From contig CAVQGX010000031.1 of NCBI GenBank assembly GCA_963712115.1, positions 160,001-224,000 on the forward strand: DNA of 64,000 nucleotides, written 5' to 3'. A model generated the notes under the pieces. That model saw nothing but the letters and a program-made list of their open reading frames with translations. It was not told where the DNA came from and ran no database searches. The position numbers were made by a program, and so were the translations under genes. This document shows, piece after piece, positions 40,135-49,224 of this stretch. Source of the DNA: an uncultured delta proteobacterium. Its GTDB lineage: Bacteria > Desulfobacterota > Syntrophobacteria > BM002. The stretch's first letter is position 1, and the number at the start of each line of letters is the position of its first letter.

Positions 40135-40378
40135 AGAAGTACACGATCGGAAAGAGGAGGAAACAGCATTGCGCATAAGACATTTCATGATCTATGGTTG
40201 CTTGTAATGTTTTTTTTTCGTCTTTGCGTATTACAAATGATGCTTTAAGAAACTCATAGTCGCTTGTCATGGATAAACTCTTAAAAGACAAACCAAGTTC
40301 CAAAACCTTACTCCTTAAGAATGAGTTTAGTGATGGAGGGAACTCCTCATGGAACCATTCAAAGAAGGGAGGGTTATT

Positions 40379-42013
40379 ATGAATCGCCTAAAACCGATAC
40401 TCACAGTTTTACTGGTCTTTTGGATATGTAGTGGACTGCTGGTATCTGCAGTCCATGCAAAAGATCAGGGGTCCTCAAGGATGATTATTGTCTTTCAAGA
40501 AAAAGTTCCTTGGGAAGAGGCTAGAGAGTACGTCCAAAGCTGGAATGACTATGGAGTCTCGGTCGTTACAGAACTTCCATTTATTAATGCCATGGTTTTG
40601 AGCGTACCAACAGGGATTTCTTCTTCTGAACTGGCGGCCGACCCTCGAGTAACAAGTGTTGAGAGCAATCAGAAGGTGGGGATTCAGGCGGTCAGCGCAA
40701 CAGCGGATGGTGGGGCCGCGGATGGTGGAGCCGCGGATGGTGGAGCCGCAGATGGTGGTGCCGCAGACGGTGGTGCCGCGGATGGTGGAGCCGCGGATGG
40801 TGGAGCCGCAGATGGTGGTGCAGCAGACGGAGGTGCCCAAGATTCAATACCTTTTTGGAGTTTTATACAGCCTGTGTCCAAACCGCCGGAGGACAATCGT
40901 CCGTGGGGCATCCTTAGTCTTTATGAGCAGCTTAGAGACCCTGAGCTACTAACGGACACGTTCGAGCCAGTGGACACGCCGTGGGTGATTCGGCTGGCCT
41001 TGAGAAGAATGGCCAGAAATAAGATACGGGTGGCAATTCTCGATACTGGAGTGGATTATGCCCATCCAAGCCTTGCTGGTAAAGTGAAAGGCGGTTTTGA
41101 TGTTTTCACCATGAGCGCAGAATTGCCTGAGGATGATAATGGCCATGGTACGCACATAGCAGGAACTCTCTGCGCTCGTCTGGATGATGATCCATTTGGC
41201 CTAGCGCCCCCAATTGAAATTTATTCGGTTAAAATTCTCGACAAATATGCCAGCGGGGACCTGGTTAACATCATTCTAGGACTAAGGTGGGTAATTGCAA
41301 ATGATATAGATGTCGTCAACATGAGCATCGGCTACCGAGAAGACAGTCAGGCCATGAGATTGGCAATTAGAAAAGCCTACGAGGCTGGCGTGATCATGGT
41401 GGCAGCCGTTGGAAACCATTCCACCTGGGATGCGCCTTCTCCTGGAGCTGCAGCGGATGGTGGAGCAGCAGATGGTGGAGCCGCAGACGGTGGTGCTGCG
41501 GATGGTGGTGCTGCGGATGGTGGTGCAGCGGATGGTGGAGCCGCAGATGGTGGTGCAGCAGACGGAGGTGCTGCGGATGGTGGTGCAGCGGATGGCCTGG
41601 CCTGGTATTCAGTAATGTATCCAGCTCGCTACCCGGAAGTCATCGGAGTGGGTGCCAGCACTCCCTACGGAGAGATAGCCGGTTTTTGTAATTCCGGACA
41701 AGAACTGGAAATAACCGCACCTGGAACTAACATTGTTTCCACCAATGTATGGAAGTGGGGCGGTTTTGGCGTTTGCAGTGGTACCAGTATGGCTACTCCT
41801 CACGTAGCCGGCGCAGTTGCCATGATGCTGGCCTTAGACCCGGATCTTAGCTCAACAGAAATAAGCACGATTCTGAAGGAGTCAGCAATAGAGCTAACAT
41901 ACTCTCCGGGTATAGGTGACCTTAATCTCACTGGGGCCCTTGAGATGGTCTACATCAGAGCCCTCAAAAAGGCTTGGAGGACCAGATGGCTAGGACGACG
42001 ACAATACCGCTGA
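40379..42013 (+). CDS. Secreted S8 subtilase with two (AADGG)n tracts
   Basis: Signal peptide, I9-like prodomain, triad ILDTG / GHGTH / GTSMATPH, oxyanion AAVGN; GGGAGG RBS before MNRLK. Confidence 0.92.
   Translation: MNRLKPILTVLLVFWICSGLLVSAVHAKDQGSSRMIIVFQEKVPWEEAREYVQSWNDYGVSVVTELPFINAMVLSVPTGISSSELAADPRVTSVESNQKVGIQAVSATADGGAADGGAADGGAADGGAADGGAADGGAADGGAADGGAADGGAQDSIPFWSFIQPVSKPPEDNRPWGILSLYEQLRDPELLTDTFEPVDTPWVIRLALRRMARNKIRVAILDTGVDYAHPSLAGKVKGGFDVFTMSAELPEDDNGHGTHIAGTLCARLDDDPFGLAPPIEIYSVKILDKYASGDLVNIILGLRWVIANDIDVVNMSIGYREDSQAMRLAIRKAYEAGVIMVAAVGNHSTWDAPSPGAAADGGAADGGAADGGAADGGAADGGAADGGAADGGAADGGAADGGAADGLAWYSVMYPARYPEVIGVGASTPYGEIAGFCNSGQELEITAPGTNIVSTNVWKWGGFGVCSGTSMATPHVAGAVAMMLALDPDLSSTEISTILKESAIELTYSPGIGDLNLTGALEMVYIRALKKAWRTRWLGRRQYR
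40700..40834 (+). repeat. 15-bp coding tandem repeat, TADGG + 8x AADGG
   Basis: Nine units GCN GCN GAY GGN GGN (first unit ACA); variation almost only at third codon positions. Confidence 0.97.
41450..41596 (+). repeat. 15-bp coding tandem repeat, 9x AADGG + AADG
   Basis: Same unit as 40700-40834, synonymous variation only. Confidence 0.97.
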
Positions 42014-42098
42014 TAATGACTGTCTTGCAGTTTATGAATCTCCTAGTAGTTCTCCAAATCGTGAACTGTTCTGATGCATTTCGAGAAAGGGGGACCTC

Positions 42099-44060
42099 AT
42101 GAAAGGCAAAAGTAATAGCCTTCCACCTAAAGGAGGCATTAGAACCCGGCTCCACAGTAAGTTCATGGTCGGTATCGTTATACTCCTTTGCTTGTTGATG
42201 TCAGCCACCATCCTAGTGGTCGAGCATCGAATGCGGGAATCCATCCTGGACGAATTTCTCAAACGCGGCCGTTCTGTTGCCAAGAACTTGGCGGCTATGA
42301 ATACGAACTACGTGACCACCTACAATTATGTAAACGTCGAACAAAGTGTGGAAAAGATAACGGAGGAGAACGGCCTAGCATACGCAATGGTCTTGCTTTT
42401 TGACGGCGAAGTGGCAGCATATAGTGGACTCAACGACATAAAGCAGGAGGTCTTGAGCGGTGAAATATATCAACGCGCCCTTCAAGCCGGCGACGTACTG
42501 GTTCAATATGGAAAGTTTGGCGCGGCAGAGGATGAATTCTGCGACATTGCCGTACCCATATTACTCAAAGATCAGAAGTGGGCTACGGTGCGGGTTGGTT
42601 TTTCGCTCAAGAATATGCAGGCGGCCATACTACAAACCCGAAAGACTTTGTTCCTTTTAGGGTTGGTCGGGCTTATTGCTGGTTGCTTGGGCTCACTTTT
42701 GCTAGCGCGTCGCGTCACAAGACCAATTGGCGGTTTGGTCGATAGTGTCGAAGCGATTTCAAATGGCGAGTACGAACGAGAAATAATGGTCAGTACTAAT
42801 GATGAAATAGGCTACCTAGGTAAACGCTTCACTGCGATGCAGGAGACTTTGAGAGATCACATCAAACTGCTGATTGATACTAACATGGAGTTGACTCAGA
42901 GTAATCAGCGTCTTCAGGGTCTATTTCAAGTCAGTCAGGCCATGAACTCACTGCAAAACCAGGAAAAGCTCTATGATTTGATTCTGGAAGCCGCCCTGAC
43001 AGCAACCGATGCTCAAGGGGGTTCGCTCATTTTACTCGACCAGGATCATCGCGCCCGAATCGTAGCTATCGCGGGGAGCAAAGACGAGGAAATTGGCTCA
43101 TTAAGCAGTAATGAAGAGAGCAAGTTTGACGAGGGATCTATCTCTAGGTACAAGTCTTTTCTGACCAATCCAGGCATTCGGCCATTGCTATTGCAGTTCG
43201 AGCATTTTGAGAAAGATATGCCCTTTTTAACTATGAGGCTCGACTCCAATCCAGAATTTGAATTGCTTTCTATACCGCTGCAGCAGGCAGAGACCTTGCT
43301 AGGGTTCATTAATCTTACGAGAAAAAGCAAGAAGGGTGAGATAAACTCTGCTGAAATGCAGACTCTTTCCATCCTTAGCAGTCACGCCACTGCATCTTTG
43401 GAGAACAAGGACCTCTTTCAGAAGCTAGAAGACGCCTACCTAAGCTCTATTAAATCACTCGCTAAGACTCTCGAGTTTAAAGACGAGTACACGCATGGCC
43501 ACGCTGAGCGTGTCGCCGAGATGTGCGTGAAAATCGGAAAGAGGATGAATATGGATGAAAAATCTTTAAAGGTGCTCTACAATGCAGCCTTACTACATGA
43601 CATTGGCAAAATTGGCGTTATGGAAAGCATTCTGCATAAAAATTCCTCTCTTGAAACAAAAGAATGGTCGGACATTAAAAAGCATCCGGTCATAGGGGAA
43701 GAGATTCTCAAACCTATTATTACATTGCGAGACGAATGCAAAATCGTAAGACATCACCACGAGAGGGAAGATGGCAAAGGATATCCTGATGGTATTTACG
43801 GAAACCGGCTTTCTTTGTCAGAGAAGATAATCATCGCTGCTGACTCGTACGATGCAATGAATTCAAAACGAGCTTATCGTGCACCTTTGGATCCAGCAAC
43901 CATAAAAAATGAATTGGTAACAAATAAGGGCAGTCAGTTTGATCCGGAAGTGGTGGATGTGCTATTGGAAGTCTTGGATGAGGAAGGAACTTCCGGATTT
44001 AGAACTAGCTCATCGCACAAAGTTATCCCCTTTCATCCAACTACTCACGATGTTTGCTAA
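42099..44060 (+). CDS. Membrane sensor: periplasmic domain-HAMP-GAF-HD-GYP phosphodiesterase
   Basis: Two TM helices, VTRPI..DEIGYL (HAMP), GAF-like region, YTHGHAERV, LHDIGK, HHEREDGKGYP. Confidence 0.92.
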   Translation: MKGKSNSLPPKGGIRTRLHSKFMVGIVILLCLLMSATILVVEHRMRESILDEFLKRGRSVAKNLAAMNTNYVTTYNYVNVEQSVEKITEENGLAYAMVLLFDGEVAAYSGLNDIKQEVLSGEIYQRALQAGDVLVQYGKFGAAEDEFCDIAVPILLKDQKWATVRVGFSLKNMQAAILQTRKTLFLLGLVGLIAGCLGSLLLARRVTRPIGGLVDSVEAISNGEYEREIMVSTNDEIGYLGKRFTAMQETLRDHIKLLIDTNMELTQSNQRLQGLFQVSQAMNSLQNQEKLYDLILEAALTATDAQGGSLILLDQDHRARIVAIAGSKDEEIGSLSSNEESKFDEGSISRYKSFLTNPGIRPLLLQFEHFEKDMPFLTMRLDSNPEFELLSIPLQQAETLLGFINLTRKSKKGEINSAEMQTLSILSSHATASLENKDLFQKLEDAYLSSIKSLAKTLEFKDEYTHGHAERVAEMCVKIGKRMNMDEKSLKVLYNAALLHDIGKIGVMESILHKNSSLETKEWSDIKKHPVIGEEILKPIITLRDECKIVRHHHEREDGKGYPDGIYGNRLSLSEKIIIAADSYDAMNSKRAYRAPLDPATIKNELVTNKGSQFDPEVVDVLLEVLDEEGTSGFRTSSSHKVIPFHPTTHDVC

Positions 44061-44088
44061 GTGATGAGTTTATAAAAAAGGAGAGGCA

Positions 44089-45711
44089 ATGCTGGGATTT
44101 TACGGTCTAAGCTATCGTCGCATAAGGGCCCTGGGTATTATTGCGATGTTACTGCTTGTGGGTCTCTCACCTATTAGTGGTCGTGCAGACAACAAACAAT
44201 ACGGAGGAGAATACCGAATTCCACTGGCGAGTGAACCAGATTCCCTCGATCCTGCATTTATCACCAGCATTTATGCTGTAAATGTGGCAATGAACTTATT
44301 CGATGGTCTAGTGGAATTTGACAAAGATGTAAACGTAGTTCCTGCGATTGCCCGAGTATGGAAGATTTCCAGGGACCACCGCACCTACACGTTTTTTCTT
44401 CACAAGGGGGTGACATTTCACAATGGGCGTGAGGTTACGGCCGAGGACTTTGTGTTTTCATTCAGACGCATTCTCAGCCCGAAAACGGAATCACCAGTAG
44501 CATCGCTTTTCTTAAACATCCAGGGTGCGAAGGCATTTCACGAAGGTAAGAGTGCACGTATAGATGGTCTGCGTGCTCTTGACCCATATACTCTCAAGAT
44601 ACAACTGGAACAGCCCTTCGCGCCTTTTCTCTCCATTCTGGCTATGGCCAACGCGAAAGTAGTCCCCAAAGAAGAGATAGGGCCGCTTTTTGGCAAACGA
44701 CCAATTGGCACGGGTCCCTTTATTTTTAGCAACTGGCAATCGGGTGGAGAAATTCTCCTTACGGCAAATGAGAGATATTACGCGGGACGTCCTTTTTTGG
44801 ATACTCTTCGCTTCCGTGTCTATCCCAATATCGAGTGGGAAAAGATTTTTGATGACTTCGAAAATGGCTTGCTCGATCAAGCCATCATTCCTAGCAAGAA
44901 ATATGATCTTATCATGTCAGATTCTCGGTATCTTGAACGCTACAGATTGATCAGCAAACCTACACTGAATTTGGTCTATATTGGCATGAATGTAAATATG
45001 ACTCCATTCAACGATTACCGTGTACGGCAGGCATTCTCGCATGCAGTGAACACTGAGGCAATCGTCAGAGACATCACCAAAAGGGGCAGCATCCCTGCAA
45101 AAGGCATTCTCCCTCCTGGTATAGCAGGTTTTGATCCTCACTTTGAAGGATATAAATACGACCCACAAAAAGCAATGAAACTGCTCGAGGAAGCGGGCTA
45201 TCCACAAGGTCGCGGCATCCCGCCAATTCAGATCTGGACTGTATCTAAAGCTGAAAGTGTGCAGCAGGAGTTGAGTGAATACCAGCGTTACCTGGCCGAG
45301 ATTGGCATTGAGCTGATACCCAAGACAGCCGAAAACTGGAGTGAGTTTATAAAGTTCATCGATGAAAAGAAGGCACCCATGTACTATGCCGCTTGGTATG
45401 CAGACTATCCTGATCCTGACAATTTTCTCTACGTCCTCTGCCACTCTCAGAGTAAAACTAATCGCATGGGCTATCACAACCAGAAGGTTGATGAATTATT
45501 GGAGGAAGCGAGGCGAGAAACTGACTACCTGAAAAGGGTAGATCTATATCGCGAGGTCCAAAAGATAGTCATGCGAGAGGCTCCAATCATCTGTCAGCAT
45601 GTAAACGGCTTCAATTACCTTTTTCAGCCCTGGGTGAAAGGAGTACAGGTTAGCTATCTTGGAGCCGCTTACGTTGCATTCAAAAGCGTCTGGCTTGAGA
45701 AATCCCAATAG
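44089..45711 (+). CDS. Family 5 (OppA/DppA-like) substrate-binding protein, no cognate ABC genes adjacent
   Basis: Signal peptide; SLDPA, F.L.KGVTFHNG..VTAED, PIGTGPF, VRQA, W.ADYPDP. Confidence 0.92.
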   Translation: MLGFYGLSYRRIRALGIIAMLLLVGLSPISGRADNKQYGGEYRIPLASEPDSLDPAFITSIYAVNVAMNLFDGLVEFDKDVNVVPAIARVWKISRDHRTYTFFLHKGVTFHNGREVTAEDFVFSFRRILSPKTESPVASLFLNIQGAKAFHEGKSARIDGLRALDPYTLKIQLEQPFAPFLSILAMANAKVVPKEEIGPLFGKRPIGTGPFIFSNWQSGGEILLTANERYYAGRPFLDTLRFRVYPNIEWEKIFDDFENGLLDQAIIPSKKYDLIMSDSRYLERYRLISKPTLNLVYIGMNVNMTPFNDYRVRQAFSHAVNTEAIVRDITKRGSIPAKGILPPGIAGFDPHFEGYKYDPQKAMKLLEEAGYPQGRGIPPIQIWTVSKAESVQQELSEYQRYLAEIGIELIPKTAENWSEFIKFIDEKKAPMYYAAWYADYPDPDNFLYVLCHSQSKTNRMGYHNQKVDELLEEARRETDYLKRVDLYREVQKIVMREAPIICQHVNGFNYLFQPWVKGVQVSYLGAAYVAFKSVWLEKSQ

Positions 45712-45967
45712 TTAAATAAGAAAGCCTGGATAGCAAACAGTTAAAGCAAATAATCACATCGTATGTCACTCATGGAGACTGAAGATTTTATAGTTCTGCT
45801 ATAGATGTTAACTTTAACCTAGCGAGAAAAACTTTCGTTACTATTCTCATATCTTCAATGTCAGCCCCTTCTATCCAGCAACATAAAATTGTCGGACTCG
45901 AAGCTCAGGTCTTGATCATTAGAGAAATGATCTCCATGCTCCATGCCCCATGCTCTATGCTCTATGC

Positions 45968-46600
45968 CTATTGCACTCGAAAGGGAGCGCCTTCAGGTCC
46001 AAGCTTGATCCCTTCAATCAGTATATTGACTTCAACCTCATCCCCTACGGCGCCACCGCCTTTTTCACCAAGGCCGTAGTCGATCCCGTAGTCGCTCCGT
46101 TTAATCAAGGTTGTGGCCTCGAAACCACTTCGATAGCCACCCCATGGGTCAGGACCGAAGCCGAGGATCTTGAATGGCAGCTTCACTGAACGTGTTACCC
46201 CGTGTATGGTCATTTCACCTGACATGACCCCTTCGTTCTCGCCCGCAACTTCCACCGAGGTGCTCACAAAGCGCATGATCGCGTATTTCTCCACGTGAAA
46301 AAAATCCTTGGAGAGCAAATGAGCGTCTCGTTTTTCATGGTTGGTGTCTACGCTATATACATTGATTGTGGCATCCACTCGAGACGCTTCTAGATTGCCT
46401 CTATCAAGCCAGATGGTTCCGGTTACGTCAGAAAAAGTCCCCGACACTTTAGAGAACAGGTGACGAATCTTAAAATTGGCCATGCTGTGAACCTTGTCAA
46501 TCATATAAGTCTCCATTTCTGCCCGGACTGATAGAGGCAGAAGGAGTCCAATAACTCCGGCTATCAACACCGCAGTGAATATAATTCTACGGTAGTTCAT
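45968..46600 (-). CDS. YceI family periplasmic protein
   Basis: ID..HS...F.IRH, SVDTNHEKRDAHL.S.DFF, R.DYG; GGAGG RBS before MNYRR. Confidence 0.93.
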   Translation of the reverse strand: MNYRRIIFTAVLIAGVIGLLLPLSVRAEMETYMIDKVHSMANFKIRHLFSKVSGTFSDVTGTIWLDRGNLEASRVDATINVYSVDTNHEKRDAHLLSKDFFHVEKYAIMRFVSTSVEVAGENEGVMSGEMTIHGVTRSVKLPFKILGFGPDPWGGYRSGFEATTLIKRSDYGIDYGLGEKGGGAVGDEVEVNILIEGIKLGPEGAPFRVQ

Positions 46601-46614
46601 GATTAAACCTCCCA

Positions 46615-46712
46615 TTGCGATTTTCGATTTCGGATTGCGGATTGCGGATTGAAAAATAATAAGACGGAAATCCAATTAGAATTCCGCAATCCGCATTCAC
46701 AAATCCGCAATC
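46615..46712. repeat. GATTGCG/CGCAATC heptamer inverted repeat
   Basis: CGGATTGCGGATTGCGGATTG ... TCCGCAATCCGCATTC..AATCCGCAATCG. Confidence 0.65.
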
Positions 46713-46713
46713 G

Positions 46714-47421
46714 TCAATATGGAATCGTATCACCAGTTACAGAGATGAACTCTCCTGTGTTTGAAAGAGAAATCATTTCTATTATCTGAAAAATCTTCCC
46801 CGCAGATTCTGCGACTGTCATTGGAGCAGCTGGACCACCCATGTCTGTTCTGACCCAACCAGGATGTAGGCTCACAACAGCAACACCATCCCTCTTGTAT
46901 TCAATTGCTTGATTTCTGGTCAGCATATTCAAGGCAGCTTTTGATACTCGGTAAGGAGTCGCTCCGCCGCCAGTCAGTTGGATCGAACCCATCTGGGAAC
47001 TTATGTTTATGATCTTCTTCTCCTTTCCCTTTTGGAGCAAGGGATAGAGGATCTTGGAAGTCATAAGGGGACCGCCGACGTTGACCTCCAAACTCTGGGC
47101 CAAGTCTTCCCAGTTTAGCTCGTTGACCTGAGCAGGTTCGTTTATGTTAACTCCCGCGCTGTTCACCAAGATATTCAGATGGCCGAATTGATTATCGATG
47201 AACTGACGAAGATGCTTCAGGTCATCTTCAATGGTCACGTCCACCTTGACAGGGAATATGTTCCCATGCTTCTCAGCCTCAGTCAGTAGCTTTGTCAATC
47301 TGGTCTCATCCCGGTAACCTGCCACCACCTTGCAGCCATGCTGCACCATCTCTAATGTGAGACCAAGACCAATTCCCCGATTTGCACCACTGACAAATGC
47401 GACTCTTTCTTCATCTTTCAT
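46714..47421 (-). CDS. SDR family oxidoreductase (C-factor-like)
   Basis: SGANRGIG, YRVSK, HPGWVRTDMGG. Confidence 0.92.
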   Translation of the reverse strand: MKDEERVAFVSGANRGIGLGLTLEMVQHGCKVVAGYRDETRLTKLLTEAEKHGNIFPVKVDVTIEDDLKHLRQFIDNQFGHLNILVNSAGVNINEPAQVNELNWEDLAQSLEVNVGGPLMTSKILYPLLQKGKEKKIINISSQMGSIQLTGGGATPYRVSKAALNMLTRNQAIEYKRDGVAVVSLHPGWVRTDMGGPAAPMTVAESAGKIFQIIEMISLSNTGEFISVTGDTIPY

Positions 47422-47572
47422 CTTTTTTCCTTCACCCAAGCCTCAATCTTTTCAGGAATGACGCGTAATCGTTATCAATATAGGAACGACTTTTATCAAA
47501 TACAAGACCAACCACTAGCTCCCCAATTTTCCTAGAAACATCTGACTAACAGATGACAACCTTGAGCGCGAC

Positions 47573-48628
47573 ATGTATTATTCTTTGGCTTTCTTTGCCT
47601 GGCTTTCAGAACTTGTATCCACCAAGCGTGTCGGCTTACTTGGTCTGACTCTTTCAATCTCTAAGGTGAACACTTTGCGAAAGACCTCATTATATGCACT
47701 CATGGCTATTCACGTCGGCCTGGCCTCAGGTACTTATGTTTTTGCTAAGGCTGCCGCGGTTGGATTTCCTGATGCTGAAACCTTGACCCTCGCCCGGGCA
47801 TTGGGGGCTGCCCTAATCCTCCTGTTGCTTACTGGCTGGGTCATCCCCAAACCGCGGTTCGATCTCAAGCAATGGCTCCGGATATTAGTGTTTGGGATCC
47901 TTCTTGTGCCAATAAACCAGTACTTGTTCCTCCGAGGCCTCCGGCTCACAGTACCTAGCCATCCCGCCCTTTTTTATGCCTTGACCCCCTTGGGCGTGCT
48001 CATTCTTACCAGTGGACTGAGTCGAAGAATGCCATTAAAAAGAAAAATCCTGGGGGTACTTCTGGCGCTGGTTGGGGTCTACATCATTCTCCGACCCTGG
48101 GAAGGAGGCGAGGCCATTAAGGAGCTGCGCACAGGCGATTTATGGGTTTTGGCCGCCATGCTTGCCTGGGTGCTTTACACCGTCTTGGCTGGTCGCACTT
48201 GCCAGAACCATGATCCACGAGTTGTAACTGCATGGAGTCTCATATTGGGGGCGGTGGCCATGACCCCCATTGGGGGGTATTCCCTGCTGACTACGGATTA
48301 CGGGGGAATCCCACCTGCCGCTTGGGCTGGACTGGCCTATATGATCGTCCTGACCAGCGTAACAATGTTACTGGTTTGGAACGTGCTGCTCCGCTATCTG
48401 GGGCCGGTAGAGGTGGCAATCTGTACCAACGCCCAGCCACCAACTACAGCCGCACTCTCAGCTCTGATGGCTGCTGTTGGGTTGCTCTCCAGTGAACAGG
48501 ACCTGGGCCTGCTCTTCTGGCTCGGCATGATAACCATCCTCACCGGTGTTGTTCTGGTCCAGTTCAACAATGATTCGCCAGAGAACAGAATATCTCTCAC
48601 AGAGAGCACAGAGATCTCAGAGAGCTAA
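47573..48628 (+). CDS. DMT/EamA family transporter (true start probably near 47666)
   Basis: About ten hydrophobic segments, two EamA-like halves; last residues encoded by the left end of element copy 3. Confidence 0.85.
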   Translation: MYYSLAFFAWLSELVSTKRVGLLGLTLSISKVNTLRKTSLYALMAIHVGLASGTYVFAKAAAVGFPDAETLTLARALGAALILLLLTGWVIPKPRFDLKQWLRILVFGILLVPINQYLFLRGLRLTVPSHPALFYALTPLGVLILTSGLSRRMPLKRKILGVLLALVGVYIILRPWEGGEAIKELRTGDLWVLAAMLAWVLYTVLAGRTCQNHDPRVVTAWSLILGAVAMTPIGGYSLLTTDYGGIPPAAWAGLAYMIVLTSVTMLLVWNVLLRYLGPVEVAICTNAQPPTTAALSALMAAVGLLSSEQDLGLLFWLGMITILTGVVLVQFNNDSPENRISLTESTEISES

Positions 48629-49073
48629 AACCAGTCAGAATTATGAGCAGCAAAGATTAGGTAGGGATCGCTCAGAAGCTCATTGGAGATACCTTGAAGA
48701 CTAGAACAAACAAGCTCATTCTCGTCCTCAAGGTATCTCCAATGGTCCGATGCATTCGCATCGGCAGCCCCTGCTGCACAGGGACTTTGAGCGATCCTGG
48801 TATGTCCTCTATTGGTTTTTTGGAGCTCACTGAGGACGGCCGAGACCACAGGTAGAAGACAGGCCGTTGCCGCAAGATCCAAAAGAAGATAATCAATATC
48901 CAATTTATTCTGGCCATCAAGAGCTGCCCTCTGTCCAGATGCGCCAGCATCGGGGCCGCCCGCCCTGCGGGAGCTTCTAGGCGATCCCCGACACTCCCAT
49001 TAGCAGTTCATCTTTGTGCCCTCTGCGTTCTCTAGCGATCCTGAGCCCAAGCGAAGGGGAGCGGGCGAGAGAT
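48592..49073 (+). mobile_element. Structured inverted-repeat element copy 3 (module A plus 3' half of module B, no ORF)
   Basis: 48592-48850 closely matches 2469-2732; 48905-48988 matches 15648-15731; same terminal sequences. Confidence 0.72.
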
Positions 49074-49224
49074 TGAGTGGTTTTTCGTATTGACAATTCC
49101 TACATCGATTCTAATTTTACTTGAATACTTAGGGTTTCCCGATTTTAATTAATAATTGATAACTACAAGCGATCTGAATTGTTGGTCGACTTTGACAATG
49201 ACAATTCAGGGGGGAGGTTTTGAT

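Noticed and set aside
40700-41596. 15-bp tandem repeats as a CRISPR array
   Set aside because: No spacers; units are in-frame codons varying at third positions; no cas genes in the window
46601-46675. N-terminal extension of YceI (MDFRLIIFQSAIRNPKSKI)
   Set aside because: Translation of the heptamer repeat; a GGAGG RBS and signal peptide support the start at 46600
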